This document shows positions 1-8,901 of a stretch of DNA of 64,000 nucleotides, piece after piece; within the stretch, counting starts at the first letter, position 1; every line of letters starts with the position of its first letter. This stretch comes from Elusimicrobiota bacterium (GTDB lineage: Bacteria; Elusimicrobiota; Elusimicrobia; UBA1565; JACRDR01). The translations under genes and the position numbers were made by a program. The stretch is taken from assembly GCA_026388115.1 (NCBI GenBank), contig JAPLKK010000033.1:2470-66469 (forward strand), in the 5' to 3' direction. The notes below the pieces were generated by a model that worked only from the letters and a program-made list of their open reading frames with translations, was not told the origin of the DNA and ran no database searches.

Positions 1-127
1 TCAAAACGTACAAAGCGGAGGCGTGCCCCCTTTGCCGGCAGGGCAGCCCGGCCGTCAAGCCGGGAAGCCGGCCAATAGGAGGGGTGCCCGGCACCGCTCC
101 GCGGAGCCAGGCACCCCCCATAATCCA

Positions 128-1105
128 ATGACCACCATGCTCACTTACAAGAAAGCAGGCGTTGACGCCGAGCTCGCCGACAAGCTCGTCGAGCATCTTC
201 AGAAGAAATCGCCCGCCATCGGCGGCTTCTCCGGCCTTTTCCCCTTGAAGTTCGCGAGCGCGGGGGAGTACTGCCTGGTGGCCTGCACCGACGGCGTCGG
301 CACCAAGCTCAAGATCGCGTTCGTGCTGGACAAGCACGAGACGGTCGGCATCGACCTCGTGGCGATGTGCGTCAACGACCTCATCACCTGCGGAGCCAAG
401 CCCCTGCTCTTCCTCGATTACTACGCCACCGGCCGGCTCGACCTCGACAAGTCCAAGCGCATCATGGCCGGCATCCTCGAAGGCTGCCGGCAGGCGCAGT
501 CGGTGCTCTTGGGCGGGGAGACCGCGGAGATGCCGGGCTTCTATCCGAAAGGCGAGTACGACCTGGCGGGATTCTCGGTCGGCATCGTGCCCAGGAACGA
601 GGTGATCGACGGGCACAAGATATTCCCCGGCGACCTCGTGCTCGGCCTGCCGTCCTCGGGGCTCCACTCCAACGGCTTCTCGCTCGTGCGCCGGGTCTTC
701 AAGGGCCGCGACCTCAAGAAGTGGGGGCCGAAGCTGCTGACCCCGACGCACATCTATGTCCACGACATCGAGCTGCTTCAGCGCGGGTTCAAGGAGGCGG
801 GGCACATCATCCTCGGCCTCGCGCACATCACCGGCGCGGGCATCCCGGGAAACCTCCCCCGCGTGCTGCCGCGCGGCTGCAAGGCCGTGATCCACACCAA
901 GGCGTGGCACGTGCCGTCGATCTTCCAGGTCATCCAGGAGAAGGGCCGCGTTCCCGACGCCGAAATGTGGAACACGTTCAACATGGGCATCGGCATGTGC
1001 GTCGTGATCCGGCCCAACTCGCTGCAGCTCGCGCTGAAGATCCTGCCCCAGGCGCGCCTCATCGGCGAGATCATCAGCGGCCGCGCGGAGGTACTGCTCA
1101 AATGA
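128..1105 (+). CDS. purM: Phosphoribosylformylglycinamidine cyclo-ligase (AIR synthetase)
   Basis: The translation MTTMLTYKKAGVDAE...GTKLK...VAMCVNDL...GGETAEMPG is the canonical PurM sequence over its full length. The ORF-track start at 23 is an N-terminal over-extension; the start was moved to the ATG at 128. Confidence 0.9.
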   Translation: MTTMLTYKKAGVDAELADKLVEHLQKKSPAIGGFSGLFPLKFASAGEYCLVACTDGVGTKLKIAFVLDKHETVGIDLVAMCVNDLITCGAKPLLFLDYYATGRLDLDKSKRIMAGILEGCRQAQSVLLGGETAEMPGFYPKGEYDLAGFSVGIVPRNEVIDGHKIFPGDLVLGLPSSGLHSNGFSLVRRVFKGRDLKKWGPKLLTPTHIYVHDIELLQRGFKEAGHIILGLAHITGAGIPGNLPRVLPRGCKAVIHTKAWHVPSIFQVIQEKGRVPDAEMWNTFNMGIGMCVVIRPNSLQLALKILPQARLIGEIISGRAEVLLK

Positions 1106-1611
1106 AGCGCGCGTCTCTCATCGTCGCCGTCCTGCTCGCCGCCGCCTGCTCCCACGTCCTCGTCAAGCCGACGGACCGGACCGAGGTGATGATGCCTTCC
1201 GACAAGCACGCCGCCGTCGTGGACGTCACCGCGCGCGCCCTGATGAGCCGGGGCTGGCAGCTGCGCTCCCTGAACCAGAAATCCGCGCTCTTCGCCCGCC
1301 AGCCCGAGGGCAGCCTCCCCTCGGCCCCCTACAACGAGCTTCACGTGGCTTTCGCCGACGCCTACGAGGGCCTGCGCGTCTCCGCCCGCGTCACCGGCAC
1401 CGAGACCATCAACAGCGTCGAAGACGTCCTCGAGCTCGTCCGGGCGAAGGTGCGCAAGGGCATCACCCCTTCGCCGGCCAAGCCCGCCGGCCGCAGGCCT
1501 TCGCTTTCCGAGACGCCCGCGCAGAAGGCCCCCCAGCAGGCGGCCGGGCCGGACTCGGGCAAGGAAGAGCAGATCCTCGATGAGATGAAGAAGCGGGCGC
1601 TGAAGGAATAG
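1102..1611 (+). CDS. Lipoprotein of unknown function (signal peptide plus lipobox LAAAC)
   Basis: ATG at 1102 overlaps the purM stop. N-terminus MKRASLIVAVLLAAACSH is a type II signal/lipobox. It sits between purM and purNH in a reasonable coding frame. Confidence 0.55.
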   Translation: MKRASLIVAVLLAAACSHVLVKPTDRTEVMMPSDKHAAVVDVTARALMSRGWQLRSLNQKSALFARQPEGSLPSAPYNELHVAFADAYEGLRVSARVTGTETINSVEDVLELVRAKVRKGITPSPAKPAGRRPSLSETPAQKAPQQAAGPDSGKEEQILDEMKKRALKE

Positions 1612-1621
1612 GGGAGCCGGG

Positions 1622-3817
1622 ATGACCAAGATCGCGGTGTTCGCGTCGGGCGAGGGAACGAATCTCCAGGCGCTGCTGGACGCGACGAAGAGCCGCCGCA
1701 TCCGCGGCGAGATCATCCTGGTCGTCTCGAACAACGAGGACGCCGGGGCACTACGGCGCGCCGAGCGAGCCGGCGTCGAACGGCTGGTCCTGAAGCCGAA
1801 GGGATTCGCCACCGGCGAGGAGTACTGCGCGGCGCTGGCGGCCGAGTGCAAGAAGCGCAACGTCGAGCTGATCTGTCTCGCCGGATTCCTCCTGCATCTG
1901 AAGAGCCCGCTGCTCTCGGCCTTCCCCGGGCGCATCTTCAACATCCACCCCGCGCTCCTGCCGGGCTTCGGCGGCAAGGGGATGTACGGGCGGCACGTGC
2001 ACGAGGCGGTGCTGGCCGCTGGCGCCAAGGTCACGGGCTGCACCGTCCATTTCGTCGGCGAGAGCTACGATACCGGCCCCATCGTCTCCCAGACGCCGGT
2101 GCCCATCCTGCCGGGCGACACGCCCGCCACCCTGGCCGCGCGCGTGCGCGCGCAGGAGCACTGGGCCTATCCCGAGGCCGTGCGGCTCTTCTGCGAGGGC
2201 AAGCTCCGGATCGACGGCCTCTCCGTCTCGGTCCTGCCCTCCCACCGCGACGAGTCGCCGCGCGTGAGGCGCGCCCTGGTCTCGGTCTCCGATAAGGCGG
2301 GCTTGGCCGAGTTCTGCCGCGGCCTCTTCGACCTCGGCGTCGAGATCGTCTCCACCTCCGGCACGGCCCGCGCCCTGCGCGAGGCGGGCATCGAGGTGCG
2401 CTCGCTCGACACGGTGACGGGCTATCCCGAGATCCTGCAAGGCCGCGTGAAGACCCTGCACCCCAAGATCCACGGCGGCATCCTGCTGCGGCGGAACGAC
2501 CCCGAGCAAGCGCAGGAGGCGGCCGCCTTGGGGCTCGAGCCCATCGACATGGTCGTCGTCAACCTCTATCCTTTCGCCGCCGCGGCGGCGCGCGCCCAGT
2601 CGCCGTACTCCCGCGAGGTGATCGAGCAGATCGACATCGGCGGCGTCACCTTGATCCGCGCCGCCGCCAAGAACTTCGAGGACGTCGCGGTCGTCGTCTC
2701 GCCCGCCGATTACGGCGCCGTCTTGAAGGAGCTCGAGGTGAGCCAGGCGCAGCTCGCGCTGGAGACCCGCCGCCGTCTCGCCCTCGCCGCCTTCCAGCAC
2801 ACGGCCGGCTACGACGCGATGATCTCGTCGGCGTGGAACGAAGGCCAGAAGCCGCTGCCCGCGGCCGGCCTGGAGCGCTTTCCCCAGCGGCTCACCGTCT
2901 CGCTCGAGAAGACGCAGGACCTGCGCTACGGCGAGAACCCGCACCAGCGCGCGGCGCTGTACGCGCCCCGGGGCCGCACGAGCTTCGAGCAGCTCCACGG
3001 CAAGGAGCTCTCCTACAACAACCTGCTCGACGCCGCCGGCACCTGGGACGCGGCGAGCGAGTTCCCCGCGCCCGCCGTCGCCTTCTTCAAGCACGTGACG
3101 CCTTGCGGCATGGCGACCGGCAAGACCCTGCTCGAAGCCTTCGAGAAGGCCTGGGCCTGCGATCCGCTCTCCGCCTTCGGCGGCGTGCTCGCGGTGAACC
3201 GACCGTTCCCGAAGGAGGTCGCGGAGCTGTTGGCCAACCGCTTCGTCGAGGTGATCACCGCGCCCGAGTTCGAGCCCGAGGCATTGGCGCTCCTGAAGAA
3301 GAAGCCGAACCTGCGGCTTCTCGTGCGGCGCGAGCCGCCCTCGCACGACGTCCAGTTGCGCTCCGTCGGCGCCGAGGTGCTGGCGACCGAGCCGGACCGC
3401 ATGACCTTCGGCGACTCGCTCAAGGTGGTCACCAAGCGCGCGCCGACCAAGGAAGAGGAGGCGGCGCTGCGCTTCGCCTGGGTCGCCTGCAAGCACGTGA
3501 AGTCCAACGCCATCGTCCTGGCCGGCACCGACGCCACCGTCGGCATCGGCGCGGGCCAGATGTCGCGCGTGGATTCGGTGCTCCTCGCGGGAGTGAAGTA
3601 CCGGACCTATCTCAAGGACCACCCGGCCCCCGAGCCGCTGGTCCTGGCTTCCGACGCCTTTTTCCCGTTCAAGGACGGCCTCGAGGCCGCCGCGACGCTG
3701 GGCATCTCCGCCGTCATCCAGCCCGGCGGCTCGGTGCGCGACGCCGAGGTCATCCAGGCCGCCGACGAGCACAATCTGGCCATGGTCTTCACCGGCATGC
3801 GCCACTTCAGACATTAG
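1622..3817 (+). CDS. purH: Fused phosphoribosylglycinamide formyltransferase (PurN) and bifunctional AICAR transformylase/IMP cyclohydrolase (PurH)
   Basis: The N-terminal ~200 aa ([20 protein letters not shown]...[12 protein letters not shown]...) is PurN. After a ~20-aa linker comes [34 protein letters not shown]...[12 protein letters not shown], the PurH MGS-like and AICARFT domains. It is one continuous 731-aa frame with no stop. Confidence 0.85.
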   Translation: MTKIAVFASGEGTNLQALLDATKSRRIRGEIILVVSNNEDAGALRRAERAGVERLVLKPKGFATGEEYCAALAAECKKRNVELICLAGFLLHLKSPLLSAFPGRIFNIHPALLPGFGGKGMYGRHVHEAVLAAGAKVTGCTVHFVGESYDTGPIVSQTPVPILPGDTPATLAARVRAQEHWAYPEAVRLFCEGKLRIDGLSVSVLPSHRDESPRVRRALVSVSDKAGLAEFCRGLFDLGVEIVSTSGTARALREAGIEVRSLDTVTGYPEILQGRVKTLHPKIHGGILLRRNDPEQAQEAAALGLEPIDMVVVNLYPFAAAAARAQSPYSREVIEQIDIGGVTLIRAAAKNFEDVAVVVSPADYGAVLKELEVSQAQLALETRRRLALAAFQHTAGYDAMISSAWNEGQKPLPAAGLERFPQRLTVSLEKTQDLRYGENPHQRAALYAPRGRTSFEQLHGKELSYNNLLDAAGTWDAASEFPAPAVAFFKHVTPCGMATGKTLLEAFEKAWACDPLSAFGGVLAVNRPFPKEVAELLANRFVEVITAPEFEPEALALLKKKPNLRLLVRREPPSHDVQLRSVGAEVLATEPDRMTFGDSLKVVTKRAPTKEEEAALRFAWVACKHVKSNAIVLAGTDATVGIGAGQMSRVDSVLLAGVKYRTYLKDHPAPEPLVLASDAFFPFKDGLEAAATLGISAVIQPGGSVRDAEVIQAADEHNLAMVFTGMRHFRH

Positions 3818-3826
3818 GCCGTTGTT

Positions 3827-3865
3827 CCCTCTCCCGCGAAGCGGGAGAGGGCAGGGGTGAGGGCA
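3827..3865 (+). repeat. Short palindromic repeat element, type A (CCCTCTCCCG-N5-CGGGAGAGGG-CAGGGGTGAGGGCA)
   Basis: Read directly. It forms a perfect 9-bp stem hairpin plus a conserved tail. It lies between the purNH stop and the next start, and supplies a GAGGG Shine-Dalgarno 7 nt before ATG 3870. Confidence 0.8.
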
Positions 3866-3869
3866 AATT

Positions 3870-4415
3870 ATGATCCTGACAATCGCCGCGCTGACCGCCG
3901 TCCTTTCCGTCCCATCCTTCGCCCAGCCACCCAATCCGCCCGACAAGAAAGCCGAAAGCAATCTCCCCGCCCGCGCTCCCAAGAACAGGACTTTCTCCCC
4001 GAAGGCGCCCTCGACGGCGCTCTCCGACATGAACCTTAAGGTCTCCTTCAAGCTCAAGTTCAAGAGGCTCGAGAGCTCGGGAAATTTCACGGTCCAGAGC
4101 GGCACCCAGGCGAATTACGTCATCGGCGGCGACGATCCCGTTGAGGTAATCACCAAACAGGGCACGGGCATCGAGTTCAAGAAATACGGCACCATCGTGA
4201 ACATCCTCCCCGCCGTCGTGTTCGACAGCGACAAGGTGGACGCCCAGTTGCAGGCGGAGCTCTCGGGCCCGCAGGCGCCCGAGACCTCGCTCAAGGTCAA
4301 CCCCATCTCTACGTTCCAAATCCAGACTGAGTTCACCATCACCCTCGGGAAGACCATCGTCCTGGTGGACGAACCCGACCGCCGCGTCGAAATAAAGATC
4401 GAACCCGCACCCTAA
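3870..4415 (+). CDS. Secreted hypothetical protein
   Basis: Signal peptide MILTIAALTAVLSVPSFAQ. The frame is non-repetitive with an SD supplied by the upstream repeat. No recognised domain. Confidence 0.5.
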   Translation: MILTIAALTAVLSVPSFAQPPNPPDKKAESNLPARAPKNRTFSPKAPSTALSDMNLKVSFKLKFKRLESSGNFTVQSGTQANYVIGGDDPVEVITKQGTGIEFKKYGTIVNILPAVVFDSDKVDAQLQAELSGPQAPETSLKVNPISTFQIQTEFTITLGKTIVLVDEPDRRVEIKIEPAP

Positions 4416-4433
4416 GCCGTTTTTCGTCGTTCC

Positions 4434-4472
4434 CCCTCTCCCGCCGTTCGGGAGAGGGCAGGGGTGAGGGCA
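4434..4472 (+). repeat. Short palindromic repeat element, type A
   Basis: Near-identical copy of 3827-3865 (CCCTCTCCCGCCGTTCGGGAGAGGGCAGGGGTGAGGGCA), in an intergenic position. Confidence 0.8.
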
Positions 4473-4497
4473 GTCGCCGTTTTGTAGACTACACCCG

Positions 4498-5427
4498 ATG
4501 TTTCCGCAACTGGCCCTGGCGTTCGCTGTCGCGCTCCCGCTTTGCGCCTCCCCCCGCGATACTCAGCTATCGCTCATCATCGACGACCGCCCGCGCGCGT
4601 ACCTGCCCCACGTCCCCGCCCTTTCGCCCGATAGGCCCTTGCCGTTGGTAATAGTCCTCCACGGCGGCGGCCAATCCAGCAAGGGCGCGCAGAGGTTCAC
4701 CGGCTTCAACGACCTCGCCGACCGCGAGGGCTTCATCGTCGCCTATCCCGACGCGATCGCGCACAAGTGGAATGATGGGCGCGGGACCACCAAACCGGCC
4801 AAGGGAGGCGTCGACGACGTTCGCTTCATCCGCGAGCTGATCGCGCAAGTCTCGAAGGAGCACAGCGTCGACCCGCGCCGCATCTACGCCACCGGCCCTT
4901 CGAACGGCGGCTTCATGACCCATCGCCTAGCCTGCGAGCTGTCCGATGTCTTGGCCGCCGCCGGTCCGGTCATTGCGGGCTTCCCCTTGGACTATCGCGA
5001 CAGTTGCCGCCCAGCCAAGCCGATTTCGATCATCATGATCCAAGGCACCGCCGACAAGCTGGTGCCCTTCAACGGCGGGCAGGTCGGCGGCAAGGGCCAC
5101 TGGGGCGCGGGCGGCAAGACGGACTCCGCCGAGAGCACGCGCGCCTTCTGGGCTGAACGCGAAGGCTGCAAGGCGCCGCCGGAAACCGCCGACTTGCCGG
5201 ATGAGGCCAACGACGGCACGAAGGTCCGCAAGTACGCCTACACGAGCTGTCAGTCAGGCGTCGAAGTGGTCCAGTACATCGTCGACGGGATGGGCCACCG
5301 CTGGCCCACAAAACACGCGCCGCTCCGACGCCGCGGCCTGGTCACCTGGATGCTCGGCCCCACTACGACCAACATCGACGCCACCGAGACCGTCTGGGAG
5401 TTCTTCAAGGCCCATCCCAAGCCTTGA
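4498..5427 (+). CDS. Secreted esterase of the poly(3-hydroxybutyrate) depolymerase / LpqC family
   Basis: It has a signal peptide. The motifs VIVLHGGGQS, FIVAYPD and the nucleophile elbow GPSNGGFM (GxSxG) are typical of PHB-depolymerase-like esterases (PF10503). Confidence 0.65.
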   Translation: MFPQLALAFAVALPLCASPRDTQLSLIIDDRPRAYLPHVPALSPDRPLPLVIVLHGGGQSSKGAQRFTGFNDLADREGFIVAYPDAIAHKWNDGRGTTKPAKGGVDDVRFIRELIAQVSKEHSVDPRRIYATGPSNGGFMTHRLACELSDVLAAAGPVIAGFPLDYRDSCRPAKPISIIMIQGTADKLVPFNGGQVGGKGHWGAGGKTDSAESTRAFWAEREGCKAPPETADLPDEANDGTKVRKYAYTSCQSGVEVVQYIVDGMGHRWPTKHAPLRRRGLVTWMLGPTTTNIDATETVWEFFKAHPKP

Positions 5428-5528
5428 GAAGTTTACACGCCTTCGGCACCTTGAAGCTTGCGGCGGAGGACCAACACGTATGTTATGTATAATGAGTTTA
5501 CAAGATATATATCGTCTTGTACACACAC

Positions 5529-5559
5529 TTGACAAAAGATGCCATAAACACCATAATCT
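5529..5559 (+). promoter_or_regulatory. Candidate sigma70-type promoter (TTGACA, 18 nt spacer, ATAATC) in an AT-rich leader
   Basis: TTGACA is at 5529-5534 and ATAATC at 5553-5558, only about 8 nt before the ATG at 5566, so the transcript may be leaderless or short-leadered. An extended -10, TGTATAAT, also lies at ~5487. Confidence 0.35.
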
Positions 5560-5565
5560 TGGTGG

Positions 5566-6768
5566 ATGGATACACTTCTAGAGCTCAACGACCTCGCAAA
5601 GAAGCAAGCCGGGAGATACACCAAGAAGCGCCCGATCTTTGAGCGGCTAAAGGCGGACGAAGGGCGAGCCTTCTCGGGGATCATCGGTCCGCGGGGCGTC
5701 GGGAAGACCGTTCTGCTCCGCCAGCTCCTGCGCGAGGTTCCCGACGCGTTCTATGTCTCCGTGGACACCTTGGACGACGCGACTCTCTTCGAGACCGCAA
5801 AGAAGTTGGAAGAGCGTTACGGCGTACGCCTGCTGCTGCTCGATGAGATCCACTTCGCCAAGGGGTACGCCGAGGACCTCAAGAAGATCCACGACTTCCT
5901 CGGCCTGCGCGTCGTGTTCACGAGCTCGGTGGCGCTGTCGCTCGTCCAGAGCGCGCAGGACCTGTCGCGCCGGGCGGTCCTCCGCCGGCTCTGGCCGTTC
6001 ACGTTCCGCGAGTACCTCGACTTCGTCCACGGCAGGCCGCTGCGCGCGTTGAGCCTCGCCGATATCCTCGAGAAGCGTTGGGACCCCGAGCACCTTCGGC
6101 AGGGCCATCTCTTCGACGAGTATCTTACCGGGGGGCTTTTCCCCTTCCGCATGGAACAGCCGGAGACCAAGGCGGTCTTCGAGGCAATCCTTGAGAAGAT
6201 CTTCCAGCGGGATATCCCCCGAACGGCGGGGCTGCGGACGGACGAGCCCGCGCTCATCGAGAAGCTGGTCCGCTTCGTCGGAAAGTCGGCGTGCGACGAC
6301 ATCAGCTACAGCTCGCTCTCGAGGAACCTGGGAATCACCAAGTACAAGGCCGAGCAGTACGTCGCCTTGCTCGACAAAGCGTTCGTCCTCGACCCCGTCC
6401 TGCCGGCGGGGACCAACGTCCTGCGGGAGCCCAAGATACTGATGTCCTTGCCGCTGCGGCTGCTCTACAAGGAACGCGACGAGGCGATCGGAGGGCTGCG
6501 AGAGGACTTCGCGGCCGAGACGCTCAGGATGGCCGGGAAAGAGTTCCACTACCTCAAGAGCCCCATCGGAGGCAAGACCCCCGATTTCCTGGTGACCGAC
6601 CCGGACGGCGACGTCGTCGTCGAGGTCGGAGGCAAGGGGAAGGGCCGGCGTCAGTTCAAGGGCTACCAGGCGCGCAGAAAGGTGCTGCTGACCCCGTCGG
6701 ACTCTCTGGAGGGCGACCGGCGGCCGCTCTTCCTGCTGGGCTTCCTCCCGGCTTCTTGCGAGCCGTAA
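5566..6768 (+). CDS. AAA+ ATPase of the COG1373 / DUF4143 family (C-terminal restriction-endonuclease-like domain)
   Basis: Walker A GPRGVGKT and Walker B LLLLDEIH. The C-terminal DFLVTDPDGDVVVEVGGKG matches a PD-(D/E)xK-like DUF4143 tail. Confidence 0.8.
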   Translation: MDTLLELNDLAKKQAGRYTKKRPIFERLKADEGRAFSGIIGPRGVGKTVLLRQLLREVPDAFYVSVDTLDDATLFETAKKLEERYGVRLLLLDEIHFAKGYAEDLKKIHDFLGLRVVFTSSVALSLVQSAQDLSRRAVLRRLWPFTFREYLDFVHGRPLRALSLADILEKRWDPEHLRQGHLFDEYLTGGLFPFRMEQPETKAVFEAILEKIFQRDIPRTAGLRTDEPALIEKLVRFVGKSACDDISYSSLSRNLGITKYKAEQYVALLDKAFVLDPVLPAGTNVLREPKILMSLPLRLLYKERDEAIGGLREDFAAETLRMAGKEFHYLKSPIGGKTPDFLVTDPDGDVVVEVGGKGKGRRQFKGYQARRKVLLTPSDSLEGDRRPLFLLGFLPASCEP

Positions 6769-7268
6769 GGGCCGTCAGCGAACCCCGACTTTCCCCTCCA
6801 GATCCGCCGCGTGAGCGCCGAGCTCGCGCTCGCCCGGCATGAGGGACGCCTTCCTGCGCGGGCCACCGAACTTGATGATGAGGCCGGCGACCACCGCCGC
6901 AGCGGCGCCGATCGACAGCGTGGCGAGAAAACCGATCATCGGATCATTCGTCCCCACGAATCAAGCTTACTTCTGCGTAGCGCGACAGCCGATGATACCA
7001 ACTTGGTTTTCTGCCTTTCGGTGCTCCTGCTTTTTCAAGTGCTCTGATTGCATGGCCTATGTCATCGGCCAAATCGGCTGTCCAAACGACATCACAGACC
7101 TTGCGAGAGGTGCTGAAGGCTACTAATTGGAAGTCGCAGTCCCGAGGCCATTGTGGCGATTTAAGTTGGGTCCCGTGGTTTGTCTCGACAATCGTTGTTC
7201 CTGTTGCGTCGGTGTCGATAGCAATTGCTAAGTCGAGCATAAATTTCTTCTCTCTCGCATTCTGGTTG

Positions 7269-8024
7269 CTAGACGGTGGTGAGCCAAGAAGTTTGAACTG
7301 TGATTCTCTCTCTTTTCCTAAATCTTAGCGCACCTGACAGCGGGGCTTGATAAATTTCGTGGAATGGAGACTCCCGAAAGTTCTTCACAACGAATAGAAA
7401 GAACCTATCAGCCAAAGATGAAGCGGTCTCATACTCTTTCGGTGTTAGAGATACGCTCCCCGTCCGTTCCTTGAGACCTTTGACTTCGACAGCCAGAAAA
7501 TCTTTTCGGGCGTCTGTTTCGAGTCGAAAATCATAGCCGCAGCCAAGCCGTGTTGTGTTCTCTAGGGCATAACCCTTGAATTGAGGGATATCCTGCCGAA
7601 CCGCTTCGAAGTATTGTTCCGCGGCCAGACCCGTAATGAGGCGTTCGGCGAAGAAGGACTTGCGATCTTCCTTTCCTGATATTTCGCTCCAAGCATTTTC
7701 GTTGTATGAGACAAAAGACTTGATCAACATGGAAAATGTTTCGAGGTCCAAACCTTTATATTCCTCGAACATCTTGCGGCAATAGTCTCGCGTGGGTCGT
7801 CCGTGCCAACCCTTTCGGCGATTGGGAAACAGAGGGTCGAACTCGTCACGGTAATTCTTAATCGAAGCTGGCTTTGCTCCCAGCGCATATCCAACTGCGT
7901 TAAACGCCTCCGCGAAGCTTTCAAAGCCGAGTTTCTTCAAGCCAGTCGAATCATATTTCGAGAGATACAGGCCAACAAGGATGAGTTTCTCCCTGGTTGC
8001 GATTCGCTGTGGATTCAGGATCAT
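7269..8024 (-). CDS. DUF3883-like PD-(D/E)xK nuclease-fold protein in a low-GC islet
   Basis: The C-terminal GCGYDFRL...FLAVEVKGLKE...SLTPKEYETA...FFLFVV matches the DUF3883 pattern (GYDi ... iEVK ... Lt.nE ... YyLyvV). The N-terminal half is unrecognised. The surrounding ~1.3 kb is visibly AT-richer than the flanks. Confidence 0.55.
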   Translation of the reverse strand: MILNPQRIATREKLILVGLYLSKYDSTGLKKLGFESFAEAFNAVGYALGAKPASIKNYRDEFDPLFPNRRKGWHGRPTRDYCRKMFEEYKGLDLETFSMLIKSFVSYNENAWSEISGKEDRKSFFAERLITGLAAEQYFEAVRQDIPQFKGYALENTTRLGCGYDFRLETDARKDFLAVEVKGLKERTGSVSLTPKEYETASSLADRFFLFVVKNFRESPFHEIYQAPLSGALRFRKRERITVQTSWLTTV

Positions 8025-8277
8025 ATCGCCCGGGTTCTGTCTTTGTTCATCAAACAGGGGGACGTTTTCGCCGAAACTGGGCGGGAACTGTCAGGGAGCG
8101 CACGCTGGGAGAGTGTGGCAGTCAGCAACATTAGATTCAGGATCAGGCAAAGCGGATTGTGTGATTGTACCATACCCACTATGTGCGAATGAGTTGGCCC
8201 AAAAATGCATGTGAGAGAAACCCGAAGCAAGAAATTCGCCACGACTGGGAAGTGCTTTTGCCACAATCGCTCTTTAG

Positions 8278-8347
8278 GTAAGCAAGCCAAGCGGGGTTTG
8301 GGCCCTGGAAGACGGAAGCGTCTTCCGGGGTTTTCCATGCGGGGCTG
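8278..8347 (+). repeat. Upstream direct-repeat copy of the carA 5' end (gene fragment)
   Basis: GGTAAGCAAGCCAAGCGGGGTTTGGGCCCTGGAAGACGGAAGCGTCTTCCGGGGTTTTCCATGCGGGGC is about 90% identical to 8895-8964, the real carA start ([19 protein letters not shown]). The fragment's frame terminates after about 35 codons. Confidence 0.8.
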
Positions 8348-8428
8348 ACGGAGAGGCGAAGGGAACCTTTTCGCTCCTGATTCGTACTAGTGGGTGGGGG
8401 CCGCGCCAGGGGAGGGCCCGCGCTCCGC

Positions 8429-8457
8429 TTGACGGTAGCAGGGGGCGCTGATACACT
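8429..8457 (+). promoter_or_regulatory. Candidate sigma70 promoter (TTGACG, 17 nt spacer, TACACT)
   Basis: Read directly. It lies 7-20 nt upstream of the retropepsin-like ORF start codons (GTG 8464 / ATG 8479). Confidence 0.4.
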
Positions 8458-8463
8458 GACTTT

Positions 8464-8901
8464 GTGGCGCGAAAGAAGATGGGGACATTCCACGAGCCGA
8501 TCGAGGTTTTGAATCCGTCCAACCGGCGGCGCAAGATTTCACTGGATGCTTTGGTCGACACGGGCGCCGCCTACAGCTTGATTCCCGGAAGGCTGCTGCG
8601 CGGCATCGGCGTGAAGCCGTCGCGCACGGGCCGGTTCAAGCTCGCCGACGGACGGATCGTCCACCGCGGCGTAGGACTGGTCACCGCCCGCGTCCGGCGC
8701 GAGGAGACTCCGACATGGGTCGTATTCGGCGACGCGGAGTCCGACCCGCTTCTCGGAGCCTTGACGCTGGAGGAGCTTGGTCTGGGCGTCGACAGCATCC
8801 ATCGAAGCCTCGTCAAGGTTACGCCCTTGCCGCTGTCGGCCTGCTTGCGTCCAGCCGCGCCTACCTCCACAGGACTTTTGCTACACTCCCTGCCGAGGTG
8901 A
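8464..8901 (+). CDS. Retropepsin-like (clan AA) aspartyl protease family protein
   Basis: The active-site motif ALVDTGAAYSLIP (D-T/S-G-A) sits in a ~120-aa domain typical of bacterial retropepsin-like proteases (PF13650/PF13975). The likely start is ATG 8479. The C-terminal extent is uncertain because the frame runs into the carA start region. Confidence 0.6.
   Translation: MARKKMGTFHEPIEVLNPSNRRRKISLDALVDTGAAYSLIPGRLLRGIGVKPSRTGRFKLADGRIVHRGVGLVTARVRREETPTWVVFGDAESDPLLGALTLEELGLGVDSIHRSLVKVTPLPLSACLRPAAPTSTGLLLHSLPR

Noticed and set aside
1-127. Possible ZTP/pfl riboswitch upstream of purM
   Set aside because: A purine-biosynthesis leader with GC-rich hairpins prompted a check. However, the conserved pfl sub-domain sequences (TGACTGGCG..., CCGCCTGGGCA) are not present, and the leader is cut by the window edge.
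1751-4105. 784-aa ORF on the minus strand
   Set aside because: It is entirely antisense to the well-supported purNH gene. Its Arg/Gly/Ala-rich composition is typical of high-GC antisense frames.
5433-5565. AT-rich stretch considered as a possible small RNA or island boundary
   Set aside because: It contains good promoter hexamers immediately upstream of the AAA+ ATPase gene, so it is most simply that gene's promoter and leader. No convincing structured RNA was seen.
6775-6957. 60-codon minus-strand ORF with a hydrophobic stretch (MIGFLATLSIGAAAAVVAGLIIKFGG)
   Set aside because: It could be a small membrane peptide. It lies at the GC-content boundary with no RBS or conservation evidence available, so it was left uncalled.
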